Assembly: GCA_038060895.1 (NCBI GenBank)
Contig: JBBTCT010000022.1
Location: 345,067-409,066, forward strand
Direction: 5' to 3'
DNA length: 64,000 nt
Source: Planctomycetota bacterium
Lineage (GTDB): Bacteria > Planctomycetota > MHYJ01 > WSZJ01
Below are positions 39,348-48,823 of the stretch, piece by piece; position 1 is the stretch's first letter; each line of letters starts with the position of its first letter. The notes beneath the pieces were generated by a model. The model was not told the origin of the DNA. It was given only the letters and a program-made list of their open reading frames with translations, and did no database searches. A program made the position numbers and the translations under genes.

Positions 39348-40859
39348 TCAGACCCTCAGTTTGTCGCTTCCGCGCACCACCAGCTTTACGAACGACTCCT
39401 TGAGGCCCTGGAACCAGCCCTCGACGCGTCCCATCTCGACGAGCCCCAGCTCGCCCGTCTTCATGCGAATGTAGCGTCCATCGATCGCGTCGAAGGGGTC
39501 GCCGATGTCCTCGTCCAGGACCTTCCTCGACATCAGCTTTGCGACGGGGTTTCCCGTCGGCATGTTGTGAAGCTCCATCATCATGTCCGTCGTGTACTTC
39601 ATCGTGCGCTTCACCATGTCCAGGTTCAGGTCCCTGTGGTTCACGTCCGTGTTGCCCGATACCACCGGCTGGATCAGGTTGAACGCATCCTGGAAATTCT
39701 GCGCCTCGACACCCTGGATCCTCACGATGTCCTGCTGGCGGATCTGGTTGTAGAAACCAGCCACCATCACCACGAAGCGCGTGTAGGCGCGCCGGACGTA
39801 GCGGTCGTGGAAATGCCCGGCGCCACCTTCGTCGATCTCTCCGCGCAGCGCAGCACAGATCGTGGCGGCCGAAGACAGGCCGCCGAGCATGGCAAGGTGC
39901 ACTCCCGACGAGAACAGCGGATCGATGAACGCGGCCGCATCGCCGGCAAGACGGTAGTTCGGGCCGGAAAACGAGTCCGCGACGTAGGAATAATCCGTCC
40001 ACTCGTGCAGCTGCCCCTGGAATTTCGCGTCCTTGATCAGCTTCATGATGTCGGGGCAAAGCGAAAGCCCGTGGTGATAGATCTTCTCGTTGTCGCCGAT
40101 CGTCTCCTTCCACTTCTTGTAAGTGTCCCGGTGGATCACGATCCCGAGGCTCAGCAGGCCGTCGCGAAGGGGGATCGCCCACGTCCAGCCGGAATTGTCG
40201 GAGAGCGCTTCCATCGAGAACGCCCCCGGGTGGGCCGTGCCTTCTTCGTCGCTGTAGGGGAGCGCGCCTGCCCAGTAACCGCCGACCGCGACGTTGGCGA
40301 AGGATTCCTGGAAGTGCCGGTTGCGCAGGTATTTCTGGGCCATGAGTCCGGAGAGGCCGGAAGCGTCGACCAGGTAGTCGAAGGTGGTGCGGCCCTTCTG
40401 TCCGGAACTGTGCGACCAGTCGACGGCCACGGGGCGGTCCTTGTCGAAGATAATGTCCTGCACGGCGGTCTCTTCGAAGACCTGCGCCCCCTGCTCGCGG
40501 GCGTGGTCGAGCAGCAACTGGTCGAACTCAGAGCGGCGGACCTGGTAGCTGTACTTGTAGAGCTTGTTGCGCCTGAAATCGACGTGTCCGGCGGGGGTTC
40601 CCTGTCGCACGCGAAAGAACCCGCTGTACTTCTTTACGAACCCGAAATTATCGACCTTTTCGCTGAGGCCCGCGAGCTGGAGCACCGGGTGGATGGCGGT
40701 CAACAGCGATTCGCCGATGTGGTAGCGCGGAAACTTTTCCTTTTCGAGCACGGTCGTCTCGACCTTCTCACGGGCCAGCAGGCTGGCGGTGATCGAGCCT
40801 GCCGGTCCTCCCCCGATGACAAGCACCCGGGTGCGTGATCCCGGCGTGGTCTGCGACAT
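39348..40859 (-). CDS. Flavin-dependent halogenase (phenolic/Rdc2-ChlA-like type)
   Basis: GGGPAG, FPRYHIGES, FVKK (catalytic Lys position), WTWAIP, GDAAAFIDPLFSSGVH. Confidence 0.85.
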   Translation of the reverse strand: MSQTTPGSRTRVLVIGGGPAGSITASLLAREKVETTVLEKEKFPRYHIGESLLTAIHPVLQLAGLSEKVDNFGFVKKYSGFFRVRQGTPAGHVDFRRNKLYKYSYQVRRSEFDQLLLDHAREQGAQVFEETAVQDIIFDKDRPVAVDWSHSSGQKGRTTFDYLVDASGLSGLMAQKYLRNRHFQESFANVAVGGYWAGALPYSDEEGTAHPGAFSMEALSDNSGWTWAIPLRDGLLSLGIVIHRDTYKKWKETIGDNEKIYHHGLSLCPDIMKLIKDAKFQGQLHEWTDYSYVADSFSGPNYRLAGDAAAFIDPLFSSGVHLAMLGGLSSAATICAALRGEIDEGGAGHFHDRYVRRAYTRFVVMVAGFYNQIRQQDIVRIQGVEAQNFQDAFNLIQPVVSGNTDVNHRDLNLDMVKRTMKYTTDMMMELHNMPTGNPVAKLMSRKVLDEDIGDPFDAIDGRYIRMKTGELGLVEMGRVEGWFQGLKESFVKLVVRGSDKLRV

Positions 40860-41044
40860 GAGTTTCCCCTATTTTGGCCGTGGCGTCGGCCTGGCGGATT
40901 CTAAGCGGGGAGAGGAGCGTGTCCCGCGATATTCCTGCTCGGGAAGCTCCGTCCTGAATTCCGCCCCTCCTGCAACTTCGCCCTTGATACGGCTCGTGCA
41001 AAGGAGTCTGCTAGGGGCAGGGTCAGTGAAGGGGAGGGAACGGG

Positions 41045-41803
41045 ATGGCTCAGACCATCGTCATCGGGGACGCCTCGTTGTCCGATCGCGGGGCGTTCCG
41101 CGAGGCGCTCAAGGGGACGGGTTACGAGGTCGTCGCGGACGCTGCGCACGGCGACGCGCTTGCCGAGGCGGCCGAGAAGCACAAGCCGTGGTGCGTCGCG
41201 TTCGACCTGCTGCTTCCCGGCCACGCCGATCGCGGCGGGGACGGCGGCGTGAACGTCATGAAGCGGCTGAAGCAGAAGTTCCCTGCTTTGAAGTTTCTTG
41301 CGGTGCACAACGTGCAGACGGCGCAGCTGGTGATGGGTGCGCTGTCCGACGGCGCAGGCGCGCGCGTCCGCAAGCCCTTCAAACGCGAATCGCTCATCGA
41401 GGCGCTCGCCAAGCTGGGGTCAGGGCAGGAGGGGACGACCTCGGTGAAGCAGCAGGCCGTGCGCCTACGGAAAGCGATGACCATGAAGTACAAGCTGGCG
41501 ACCGACGGGTTTTTCACCAAGAAGCGCGAGGCGGTCACGACGGATGTGAGCGAGGCGGGAATCGGGATGACGACCGAGGAAAAGATCCAGAAAACGGCCA
41601 TCCTCAACGTCGAGATTGACCTGGTCGGGGAGGCGCCGGTCCTGGCGAAAATGCAGGTCGCCCGCGTCGCACCCGTGGCAGGGCTTCCGCGTTTCGACCT
41701 GGGCCTCGTTTTCATCGAGCTGGACCAGGCGTCGCGCGAGAGGCTGAAGCGGTACATCATGAAGGAGTTGGAGCGCGGGACCGTCGCGCCGCCGAAGAAG
41801 TAG
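41045..41803 (+). CDS. Atypical receiver domain + PilZ domain protein
   Basis: FDLLLP and RKPF receiver motifs; PilZ DVSEAG and GLVF. Confidence 0.8.
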   Translation: MAQTIVIGDASLSDRGAFREALKGTGYEVVADAAHGDALAEAAEKHKPWCVAFDLLLPGHADRGGDGGVNVMKRLKQKFPALKFLAVHNVQTAQLVMGALSDGAGARVRKPFKRESLIEALAKLGSGQEGTTSVKQQAVRLRKAMTMKYKLATDGFFTKKREAVTTDVSEAGIGMTTEEKIQKTAILNVEIDLVGEAPVLAKMQVARVAPVAGLPRFDLGLVFIELDQASRERLKRYIMKELERGTVAPPKK

Positions 41804-41840
41804 TCTTCGCTGTCCACGATTCCGGGCATCATGGCGCGCC

Positions 41841-43103
41841 ATGACGTCCCCCGCCGTGCCCACGACTTCTCCCGTGACCCGCGGCGCCACCCTTGCGGTG
41901 GTCGTCCTCACCGCGATGAATCTGCTGAATTACATCGATCGCTGGGTGCCTTCCGCGGTCAAGGACCTCTTCAAGGCCGATCTGAAGCTCACCGACGCAC
42001 AGACCAGCCTCCCGCTCTCGGCGTTCATCATCGTCTACATGCTCTGCAGCCCGGTTTTCGGTTCGCTGGCCGAGAAAGGGCCGCGGCGGCTGCTTCTGGC
42101 ACTGGGAGTCGGCGTGTGGTCTCTCGCGACAGCGGGCGCGGCGCTCGCGACAAATTTCGCTTCGCTGCTGATCGCGCGGTCGCTGGTGGGAGTCGGTGAA
42201 GCGGCGTACGCGACGATTGCGCCGGCGATGCTGTCGGACTTTTTCCCGCCAGAGAAGCGAAACAAGATCTTCACGATCTTCTACGCCGCGACGCCCGTCG
42301 GCGCGGCGATCGGGTTCGCGCTGGGAGGGTACCTCGGGGGATTGCCCGGGTTCGGCTGGCGGGGCGCGTTTCTCGCCTGCGGCTTGCCGGGGCTTCTCGT
42401 CGCGTGCCTGGCGCTTGCCATGCGAGATCCGCCGCGCGGGCAGTTCGACGTGAACAAGGAAGTCCCGCCGCCCTGGTCGCAGGCGCTGAAAGTGCTGTTC
42501 GCGAACCGCCGGTACATGCTGACCGTCGCGGGATACACCGCCGTGACGTTTGCCACCGGCGGAATCGCCGACTGGTTCCCCACGTTTCTCTCCCGCGACC
42601 GCGGCATGTCGCTCGACCGGGCCGGCTACCTCGTCGGCATCGTCACCGTCGTCGGCGGCCTCGGCGGCACGATCCTCGGGGGCTTCGTCGCCGACCGCCT
42701 CGGCCGCTTCACGCGCCAGCCCTACCTCGCCGTCAGCGGCCTCGCGATGATCCCCGCCCTCGCGCTCATCATCGTCTCCATCTACGTCGTCCACGCGCAC
42801 ATGGCCATCCTCGCCTGCGTCCTCGTCGCCCAGATCTTCCTCTGGGCCTACAACGCCCCCGTCAACGCCCTCCTCGTCAACTCCGTCTCCGGCGGTATGC
42901 GCGCCCGCTCCATCGGCCTCGCCATCCTCTGCATCCATCTCTTCGGCGACGTCGCCAGCCCGCCTCTCATCGGGCGCATCAACGACAGCATTGGCAACCT
43001 CCCGCTGTCCCTCGCCGTGGTCCCCGCCGCCATCGGCGTCAGCGCCGTCATCTGGATCCTGGCGTGGCGCCTGCTTGCGGAAGCGCCGGCCGCGCCGAAA
43101 TAA
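41841..43103 (+). CDS. MFS transporter, Spinster-like
   Basis: NLLNYIDR, RSLVGVGEA.Y.TIAP..LSD.FP, IHLFGD..SP; about 12 TM segments. Confidence 0.88.
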   Translation: MTSPAVPTTSPVTRGATLAVVVLTAMNLLNYIDRWVPSAVKDLFKADLKLTDAQTSLPLSAFIIVYMLCSPVFGSLAEKGPRRLLLALGVGVWSLATAGAALATNFASLLIARSLVGVGEAAYATIAPAMLSDFFPPEKRNKIFTIFYAATPVGAAIGFALGGYLGGLPGFGWRGAFLACGLPGLLVACLALAMRDPPRGQFDVNKEVPPPWSQALKVLFANRRYMLTVAGYTAVTFATGGIADWFPTFLSRDRGMSLDRAGYLVGIVTVVGGLGGTILGGFVADRLGRFTRQPYLAVSGLAMIPALALIIVSIYVVHAHMAILACVLVAQIFLWAYNAPVNALLVNSVSGGMRARSIGLAILCIHLFGDVASPPLIGRINDSIGNLPLSLAVVPAAIGVSAVIWILAWRLLAEAPAAPK

Positions 43104-44223
43104 GGCGGGTCATCGCGCCCTCGAGCGCGACCGTCAGCCCTTCCGCCGCCTCCCGCGCCCGTTTGTCGCCCAGCGCCGCCTTCACGTCGATCGGCTCGCC
43201 GATCACCACCTGCGCGAGGCGCCTGGCCACGGGCTTCGCTTCCTCGCCCGTCAGGTCCTCTTCGAATTTCTCCAGGGTCTCGGCCATGCGCTCCGGTGTC
43301 GGAGCCGCGGAGAGGTAGTCGCCGGGATAACTGAAGAGCTGGATTGCCAGGTGAAGGTCCGCAAGCGCGCGCTTCGTACCCTCTGTGCGCTCCTCTTCAG
43401 GAAGCGCCAGCAGCTTCGCCCGGGCCCGCTTCACGCGCACCGGCGCCGGATCCTCGCTGCGCACGGCCTCATGCCTCTCGATCAGGTGCCGCATCAGGCG
43501 TTCAAGGCGGGCGGGAAGCGGCTCCGCGCGGAACTGGCTGCCGAGGATCTCCTTTTCTTTGACCGATAGAAGAGCTTCTCCGAACGCGAGGATTCGCGCC
43601 GGAAGCGCCGCGGACCTGGACGTGCCGGAAGGCGAGATTGCTTCCAGGGACTCGAGAGCCGCTTCGAGGCGCGGCGCGACGTTTTCGGCGAAGCGGTACC
43701 GGATCGCGGTGGGGACAAGCCAGACGCGGCCCGCGTCGCCTTTCTCTTTCTGCGCGGTCGCGGCCATGAACGCGACGCCTTCGCGGAGCGGCGTGAGGCG
43801 GTCATTCAGGTGGTAGTTCTCGCCCTCGGGGAAAACGACGAGGAAGCCGCCGCCGGCGAGGATCCCTGTCGCGGTGCGCATGGCGCGGCGGTCGGAGCCT
43901 TCGCGGTCGACCGAAAAGCAACCTTGGCGCTGCATGAGCCATCCGTCGAGGCCGCCGTGGCCCGTGAACAGTTGCCAGGCGGCCATGAGGTGGAACGGGC
44001 GCGGCGCGCTGCGGCCGGCTTCGACCATGACGACGCCGTCTCCGGCGTAGGAGTGGTTTGGGGTGATGAGCGCGCCGTCTCCCGGCGGAAGCGAGCGCAG
44101 CCGCTCCATTCCTTCAACTTCGACGGACGACACCGCGAACTTTCCGCGAAGCTGCCGCCGATTCAGCGGCGCGAGCAGCCACGACCAGAACCGCGACGGG
44201 CGCGGCGGCCAGAACGCGGGCAT
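43048..44223 (-). CDS. PlsC-family acyltransferase; start uncertain
   Basis: PNHSYAGD (HX4D), FSVDRE, VFPEG; the 3' end overlaps the MFS gene convergently. Confidence 0.82.
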   Translation of the reverse strand: MPAFWPPRPSRFWSWLLAPLNRRQLRGKFAVSSVEVEGMERLRSLPPGDGALITPNHSYAGDGVVMVEAGRSAPRPFHLMAAWQLFTGHGGLDGWLMQRQGCFSVDREGSDRRAMRTATGILAGGGFLVVFPEGENYHLNDRLTPLREGVAFMAATAQKEKGDAGRVWLVPTAIRYRFAENVAPRLEAALESLEAISPSGTSRSAALPARILAFGEALLSVKEKEILGSQFRAEPLPARLERLMRHLIERHEAVRSEDPAPVRVKRARAKLLALPEEERTEGTKRALADLHLAIQLFSYPGDYLSAAPTPERMAETLEKFEEDLTGEEAKPVARRLAQVVIGEPIDVKAALGDKRAREAAEGLTVALEGAMTRLISARPALPQAGATPGSR

Positions 44224-44369
44224 CGGTCCGTCGACGGAGACTCTGTCGCGCACCGCGAGATCATAGCCGCAGGGACATGTGGATCTCGCTGCAAGGCGTC
44301 CCTTCAGTCGAAGCGCGTCGGGCGCGCGCCCCCAGGCCTGAACAAGGGCGTTCACATGCGCCTTACGGC

Positions 44370-45524
44370 CTACACGCGGCGGAGCCTCGCCAACCCGGCC
44401 TCCAGCGTCGCGTCAACCTTGGCGAAGCACAGGCGCGCCAGCCGCTGACCCTTCGGCGGCTCGGCGTAGAACGGCGACAGCGGGATCGCCGTCACGCCCT
44501 TCTCGATCGTGAGCCATCGGCAAAAGGGGAGGTCGTCGAGCTCGCTCACGGCGGAGTAATCGACGAGCTGGAAATAGCCGCCCGGGACCGGGAGGGGCTT
44601 GAAGCGCGTCTCGCGGAGTTTTGCGGCGAAGGCGTCGCGCTTGGGCTGGTAAAACGCGCCGAGGCCTTCGTAGTGGGCGGGATGTTTCTCAACCATCTCC
44701 GCGAACGCATGCTGCGCCGGCGTGAACGTCGCAAACGTCACGAACTGGTGCACCTTCCGGAATTCGGCCGAGAGCGCGGGCGGCGCGATGCAATAGCCGA
44801 TCTTCCAGCCCGTGCAGTGATACGTTTTGCCGAAGCTGGAGATGACGAAGCTCCGCTCCGCCAGCTCCGGGGTGCGCAGGACGCTTTCGTGGCGGCGGCC
44901 GTCGTAGAGGATGTGCTCGTACACCTCGTCCGAGAGCAGAAGCGCCTTCGTCGGGCGCAGGATTTCGGCGAGCTGCTCCATGTCCCAGGCTGTGAGCACG
45001 GCGCCCGACGGATTGTGCGGCGAATTGATCATGACGAGCCGCGTCCGCGGCGTGATCGCGGCCTTCACGCGTTCCCAGTCCACCGAAAACTCACGCGGGT
45101 CGAGCGGGACATGCACGGCGCGGCCGCCGGCGAGGTCAATCGCGGGCTCGTAGCAGTCGTAGCAGGGATCGAGGACGACGACCTCTTCGCCCGGCCGGAC
45201 CACCGCGTGGATCGCGTCGAAAATCGCTTCCGTCGCGCCGCTCGTCACCGTGATATCCGTGTCCACGTTGACGTCGCGACCGTAACAACGCTTTGTTTTC
45301 GCGGCGATCGCCTGCCGAAGCGCCGGTACACCCGTCATCGGCGCGTACTGGTTCTTCCCGTCGGCCATCGCGCGGACCAGCGCTTCCACGAGCTGTGGCG
45401 GCGGCGGGAAGTCCGGGAATCCCTGTCCGAGATTCACGGCCTTGTGCTCCGCCGCGAGCGCGGACATGACCGTGAAAATCGTCGTGCCGACCTTAGGCAG
45501 CTTCGTCGGGACCGCGTGTGTCAT
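44370..45524 (-). CDS. ybdL: Methionine aminotransferase (class I/II PLP enzyme)
   Basis: KLPKVGTTIFTVMS, NLGQGFPDF, NSPHNPSG, SDEVYEH, SSFGKTYH.TGWK. Confidence 0.88.
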   Translation of the reverse strand: MTHAVPTKLPKVGTTIFTVMSALAAEHKAVNLGQGFPDFPPPPQLVEALVRAMADGKNQYAPMTGVPALRQAIAAKTKRCYGRDVNVDTDITVTSGATEAIFDAIHAVVRPGEEVVVLDPCYDCYEPAIDLAGGRAVHVPLDPREFSVDWERVKAAITPRTRLVMINSPHNPSGAVLTAWDMEQLAEILRPTKALLLSDEVYEHILYDGRRHESVLRTPELAERSFVISSFGKTYHCTGWKIGYCIAPPALSAEFRKVHQFVTFATFTPAQHAFAEMVEKHPAHYEGLGAFYQPKRDAFAAKLRETRFKPLPVPGGYFQLVDYSAVSELDDLPFCRWLTIEKGVTAIPLSPFYAEPPKGQRLARLCFAKVDATLEAGLARLRRV

Positions 45525-45638
45525 GTCCGCTGGATTCTACACGAGGACTTGACGCAGGATCCGGCGTCGCGGGTTCAATGCAGGGACGAACGCCCGGGCA
45601 ATCCTATACTCCTCGCATTCCCCAGGCAGGAGCCCGCC

Positions 45639-46055
45639 ATGCTCGACCGAATTCGCAAGGTCGCTCACTTCAACGCGTCCGTCCCCAACCAGCCTGGCGA
45701 AGGCGCCCGCATGCTGGAGACACTTCGAGAAGCCGGCGTCAATCTCCTCGCGGTCTGGGGATATCCGATGGGGGTGGAAGCGCAGATCGAGATGGTGCCG
45801 GCGAATCCGGCGCAGTTCGTACGGGCGGCGGCCAAAGCGGGACTGAGACTTGGCCCGCGCCAGGAGGCCATTTCAGTTTCCGGGACCGATCGCACGGGGG
45901 CGATGGCGGAAATTTTCAGCAAGCTGGCGGCGGCGGGGATCAACATCGGCGCCGCCCAGGGCGTCGCGACCGGCGACGGGCGATGGGGCGCCGTGCTTTT
46001 CCTGCCGCCGCGCGAGATCCCGAAGGCGATGAAAGCACTGAGGAGCCGGAAATGA
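45639..46055 (+). CDS. Tandem ACT-domain protein
   Basis: PNQPGE...L.EAGVNL and DRTGAM...LAAAGINI; RBS aggag. Confidence 0.8.
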   Translation: MLDRIRKVAHFNASVPNQPGEGARMLETLREAGVNLLAVWGYPMGVEAQIEMVPANPAQFVRAAAKAGLRLGPRQEAISVSGTDRTGAMAEIFSKLAAAGINIGAAQGVATGDGRWGAVLFLPPREIPKAMKALRSRK

Positions 46056-46525
46056 GCGCTTCATGGCAGGGCCAGGTCGTTTCCATCCATCTCATCCCCA
46101 TCGCGGGCGGCGCCGCGACCGCGGTCCCGCAGGCGAAGGCGCTTCCCGGCAAAGGCCTCGAAGGCGACCGCTACGGCGCGGGCGTCGGCACGTACTCGAA
46201 CAAGCCTGGTCCGTCGCGGGAGTTGACGCTGATCGAAGCGGAGGCGCTGGAGGGGCTGAAGCGCGAGGACGGACTCGATCTGGCCCCGGGCGACTCGCGA
46301 CGGAACGTGGTGACGCGCGGGGTGGCTCTCAACCATCTCATCGACCGGGAGTTTTTCGTCGGCGACGTGCGTGCAAAGGGAATCCGGCTGTGCGAACCCT
46401 GCGCGCGGCTGGCGGAGCTGACCGATCCGAAGGCTCATCCCGGGCTGATCCACCGCGGCGGCCTTCGCGCGCAGATCCTCGGTGGCGGAACGATCAAGGT
46501 CGGAGATCCGATTCGTCCGGCGTGA
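46052..46525 (+). CDS. MOSC domain protein
   Basis: GLEGDRY, RRNVVTRG, LCEPC, GG.IKVGD; ATGA overlap. Confidence 0.88.
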   Translation: MSASWQGQVVSIHLIPIAGGAATAVPQAKALPGKGLEGDRYGAGVGTYSNKPGPSRELTLIEAEALEGLKREDGLDLAPGDSRRNVVTRGVALNHLIDREFFVGDVRAKGIRLCEPCARLAELTDPKAHPGLIHRGGLRAQILGGGTIKVGDPIRPA

Positions 46526-46531
46526 AGTAAC

Positions 46532-48703
46532 TCAATCGCGGGGCGACAGTACGAGCTTCACCCACCCGTCATCCCACGCTTCGTGCTTGCCGATTCGATT
46601 CTCCTCCTTCGGATCCGTCGGCCTCAGCCAGCCGCGCAGAAGCACACCGCAGCCGTTTCCTACGGGCAGGCCGCGGAACTCGAACGTGCCGTCCGGGCCG
46701 GAAAGACCCGGCTCGAATCCCTTCGCACCGGCCACGAACGTCAGCCAGTCGCCTTCGGAGCGATCGGAAGTGCTGGCCGAGGGACCCGGGGCGAAGCGAG
46801 CCACGGCGTCCCGGTCGCGCGCGAGAACCTGGCATACGAAGACCTTCGCGCCTGCGATCGGCGCGCCCTGTTCGTCCACGACGATGCCCCGGATTGTCGC
46901 GGTCGCCGCGTGCAGCACGAGCCTGAGGGAAGCGTTTCCTTCCGCCGCGATGGCGACGGACCAACCGTATCCCGGCGCCCACGCCCCGACGAAGCGCGTG
47001 GAGGGAGCGGCCGAATCCGTCGAGAACCTGCCTCCCGCGTCCGTGATCCCGAGCACTTCACCGTCCGCGCCGGGCGCCGGCTCCGCGACGATGTGAGCGC
47101 CGGCAATCGGGCGGGCCTCACTGTCGACGACCTCGAAGCTCAGCTTCAGGCCGGAATGAAGGACGAAGTCGGCCGAAAGACCCTGGCGGACTTCAAAGAG
47201 CCGCGTGTCCGCGCGGAAACCCTCGGCCGTCGCCCGCAATTCGATTTCACCCCGCGGGTAGACCGACGCAAAGTGGAACCGGCCCGCCTCGTTCGTTGTG
47301 ACGGCCGCCTGGATCTGGATGGCGACCCGGTCATCGAATGGCCCTTTTCTCTTCGTCGCCCCGGGCACCTGCTCGACGTCGAGCGAGTGCTGTCCCATCT
47401 CGACCCGCGCTCCCGCGACCGGGTCGCCGCGCTCGTTCACGACGGTCCCTTCCAGCGTGAAGTCCGGCTCGAGCGTGACCCCGAGCGCAAAGTCGAGCTT
47501 CACGGTTTCACCGTCGCGGATTTCGAGAACCAGACCCTCCGAAGCGTGTGGTCCGCACGGGAATTCCTCGCGGTGCGCGTCGCGCCAGTAGCGCAGGATC
47601 GACCTTTCGACCAGCGCCCCAGCGTAAGAGGGCGACTCCGCGAGGAGCCTCCATTGCCCGGGTGCGACCTCGATCGAGAAGTCTCCGGCTGCGTCGGTGT
47701 CGAGAGTGAGCTTCTCACGCCCGGCCGCGGCGCCCTCCGGCAGCAGGCCCACCTTAGCGCCCGGGACCGGTGCGAGCGTGCGTCGGTCGAAGACGCGTCC
47801 CCAGACCCGCGACATCTTCCCCACCGGCGCCCCGGTTCCGCCCGCAACCGTGCGATCCGTTTCTCCCACTTCCTCAGTCGTTGACCCGGTCGAGTCGGGC
47901 CGCGGGGTCCCGGATCCGCTCTCGCCGCCGCTGCCGGCGCCGGCGCCCCCGTTCCCCAGGCGCGGCGCGACGAACGACGCGACGAGGAGCGCCAGCACCG
48001 CCGCGACCGCAAACCCGGCGGCGCGCGTGCGGAGACGCGGGCCGGGGGCGGTCAGCGGCGCACCGCCTGCGATTTCCGCGACGGCGCGCGACAGTCTGTC
48101 CGGGACCGTGATCGGTTCGGCGGCCTGCAGTTCGCTCTCGATCGCCGCAAGGGCGAGTGCGACGCCCGCGCCGGACAGCACCTTCTGGAGCCGCTTGTGC
48201 GCTTCCCCAAGCCGCCACGCCACCGTTCCCTCCGGCGCCGCGGTCGCCTGCGCGATTTCCGCATAGCTCAGTCCGTGGTCGTACCGCAGGCGCACCGCCG
48301 TGCGCAGTTCCTCTTCCAGCCCGTCCACCGCTTCCCGCACCCGTCCCCTGAGTTCCGTCGATTCCACGTGCGCCATCGGTTCCTCCCGGGTAGTCCGGGC
48401 GCGCTCCGCCAACTCCGCCGCCGCCGTCCGCTCCGCCTGCCGTCCGCGCCGAAGCGTCCGCGCCTTTTCAAGGGCGATGCGGATGAGCCAGGCGGGAAAG
48501 GCGCGGGGGTCGCGCAGATCCCTGAGGGACTGCACGACCTGCCGGAAGGTCTCCTGCGCAGCGTCGGCCGCGTCCGCCGGGTCCCGCAGTTCGGCGAGCA
48601 CGAGCCGGTAGACGTCTTCCTGGACGGTGCGGAAGAGTTCTCCCAGGGCTTCGCGATCGCCGTGCTGCTGGACGCGGATGACGAGGTCGGTGCAGGGCTG
48701 CAT
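46532..48703 (-). CDS. ECF sigma factor with TM segment and carboxypeptidase-regulatory-like repeats
   Basis: DAAQETF..F.AWL (region 2), LSYAEIA...PEGTV (region 4), TM segment, repeated 'G.V.D..G.P..GA.V'. Confidence 0.88.
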   Translation of the reverse strand: MQPCTDLVIRVQQHGDREALGELFRTVQEDVYRLVLAELRDPADAADAAQETFRQVVQSLRDLRDPRAFPAWLIRIALEKARTLRRGRQAERTAAAELAERARTTREEPMAHVESTELRGRVREAVDGLEEELRTAVRLRYDHGLSYAEIAQATAAPEGTVAWRLGEAHKRLQKVLSGAGVALALAAIESELQAAEPITVPDRLSRAVAEIAGGAPLTAPGPRLRTRAAGFAVAAVLALLVASFVAPRLGNGGAGAGSGGESGSGTPRPDSTGSTTEEVGETDRTVAGGTGAPVGKMSRVWGRVFDRRTLAPVPGAKVGLLPEGAAAGREKLTLDTDAAGDFSIEVAPGQWRLLAESPSYAGALVERSILRYWRDAHREEFPCGPHASEGLVLEIRDGETVKLDFALGVTLEPDFTLEGTVVNERGDPVAGARVEMGQHSLDVEQVPGATKRKGPFDDRVAIQIQAAVTTNEAGRFHFASVYPRGEIELRATAEGFRADTRLFEVRQGLSADFVLHSGLKLSFEVVDSEARPIAGAHIVAEPAPGADGEVLGITDAGGRFSTDSAAPSTRFVGAWAPGYGWSVAIAAEGNASLRLVLHAATATIRGIVVDEQGAPIAGAKVFVCQVLARDRDAVARFAPGPSASTSDRSEGDWLTFVAGAKGFEPGLSGPDGTFEFRGLPVGNGCGVLLRGWLRPTDPKEENRIGKHEAWDDGWVKLVLSPRD

Positions 48704-48823
48704 GCGCGCTCCGAATGTCGCGGCGCCGGATTGGCGCAGCGTTCGGGATAAAGGAGGAGGAAGCCGGGGATTTCTTGGTGAATTCTCGGAAAAACCGGAA
48801 GAGAGTCGCAAGTGCGGACCGGG

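Noticed and set aside
46532-48703. ECF sigma factor fused to an extracytoplasmic domain as a novelty
   Set aside because: C-terminally extended, membrane-anchored ECFs are already described as common in Planctomycetota.
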